From: Ktedonobacteria bacterium
GTDB taxonomy: Bacteria > Chloroflexota > Ktedonobacteria > Ktedonobacterales > JADMIN01
Reading direction: 5' to 3'
DNA length: 37,434 nucleotides
NCBI GenBank assembly: GCA_027307065.1
Contig: DAHUXT010000003.1
Location: 1-37,434 of the forward strand
A program made the translations under genes and the position numbers. The notes under the pieces are model-generated. The model was not told the DNA's origin and did no database searches. It worked only from the letters and a program-made list of their open reading frames with translations. Of this stretch, positions 36,974 to 37,434 are shown piece by piece. Each line of letters begins with the position of its first letter. Position 1 is the stretch's first letter.

Positions 36974-37434
36974 ATGGATGTGCTGCAAGATCCGAACATC
37001 GTCACAGACGCTGCGGTGGCAAATGAAATAGTGCAGGTACTGGCGCGCAAGCGTAAGAGCCAAATGCGCCTTATCGCCGAGCGTTTTATGCGCAATCGCC
37101 TGGCAATGGTGGGATTGATCGTGATTGGCTTGATTGCCGTGCTAGCGATCCTGGCGCCGGTGATTACTCACCAAACCGCAACCTTCGATCCGGCGACGAC
37201 GCCGACGAATGACTCGTTCGCGCCGGTCTCGCTGGCCCACCCGCTGGGTACTGACGAACTTGGACGCGATATTTTCGCGCGGATGCTCTTTGGCGCCCGC
37301 GTTTCCCTGGCAGTCGGCATTTCCGCAGTGTTTGTTGCCATGCTTCTCGGCGTGACCATTGGCGCTATCGCCGGATGCTACGGCGGCATCATCGATACGC
37401 TGCTGATGCGCTTCACTGACATGGTGTTGGCAGT
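36974..37434 (+). CDS. Peptide ABC transporter permease (OppC/DppC-like), runs off the window edge
   Basis: Manual translation from ATG 36974: ...RFMRNRLAMVGL...HPLGTDELGRDIFARMLFGARVSL... Confidence 0.92.
   Translation, partial: MDVLQDPNIVTDAAVANEIVQVLARKRKSQMRLIAERFMRNRLAMVGLIVIGLIAVLAILAPVITHQTATFDPATTPTNDSFAPVSLAHPLGTDELGRDIFARMLFGARVSLAVGISAVFVAMLLGVTIGAIAGCYGGIIDTLLMRFTDMVLA

Overview
GC-rich bacterial chromosomal segment made mostly of housekeeping and metabolic genes. Gene style and content (zinc-ribbon/DUF3352-like protein, fhaA-fhaB-rodA, PdtaS-type kinase) suggest Chloroflexota, probably Ktedonobacteria; this is an inference. In order: partial HAD-IIA hydrolase, dnaA without dnaN or DnaA boxes, SDR + acyl-CoA ligase + AsnC-domain protein, cysS-rlmB-NYN, alpha/beta hydrolase, zinc-ribbon membrane protein, GntR + divergent SHMT-like PLP enzyme, GT4 + amylo-alpha-1,6-glucosidase, membrane protein, Fur + NiCoT, RibF with decayed FAD-synthetase half, fhaA-fhaB-rodA, KimA-like APC permease, GAF-GAF histidine kinase, cystathionine beta-synthase + disrupted redoxin, and a peptide ABC transporter. 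No tRNA, rRNA, transposase, integrase or cas gene was seen. The strongest signal is at 32801-32890: a perfect 29-bp duplication flanking a 32-bp AT-rich insert (61-bp unit) that frameshifts the redoxin gene. Its geometry and its register against the E. coli type I-E repeat fit a natural off-target Cas1-Cas2 spacer integration (neo-CRISPR). Other leads: a possible Cys-codon attenuator ahead of a CysRS whose KMSKS reads KIAHS, a Cys-rich GAF sensor domain, and tandem candidate Fur-family operators before the Ni/Co permease.
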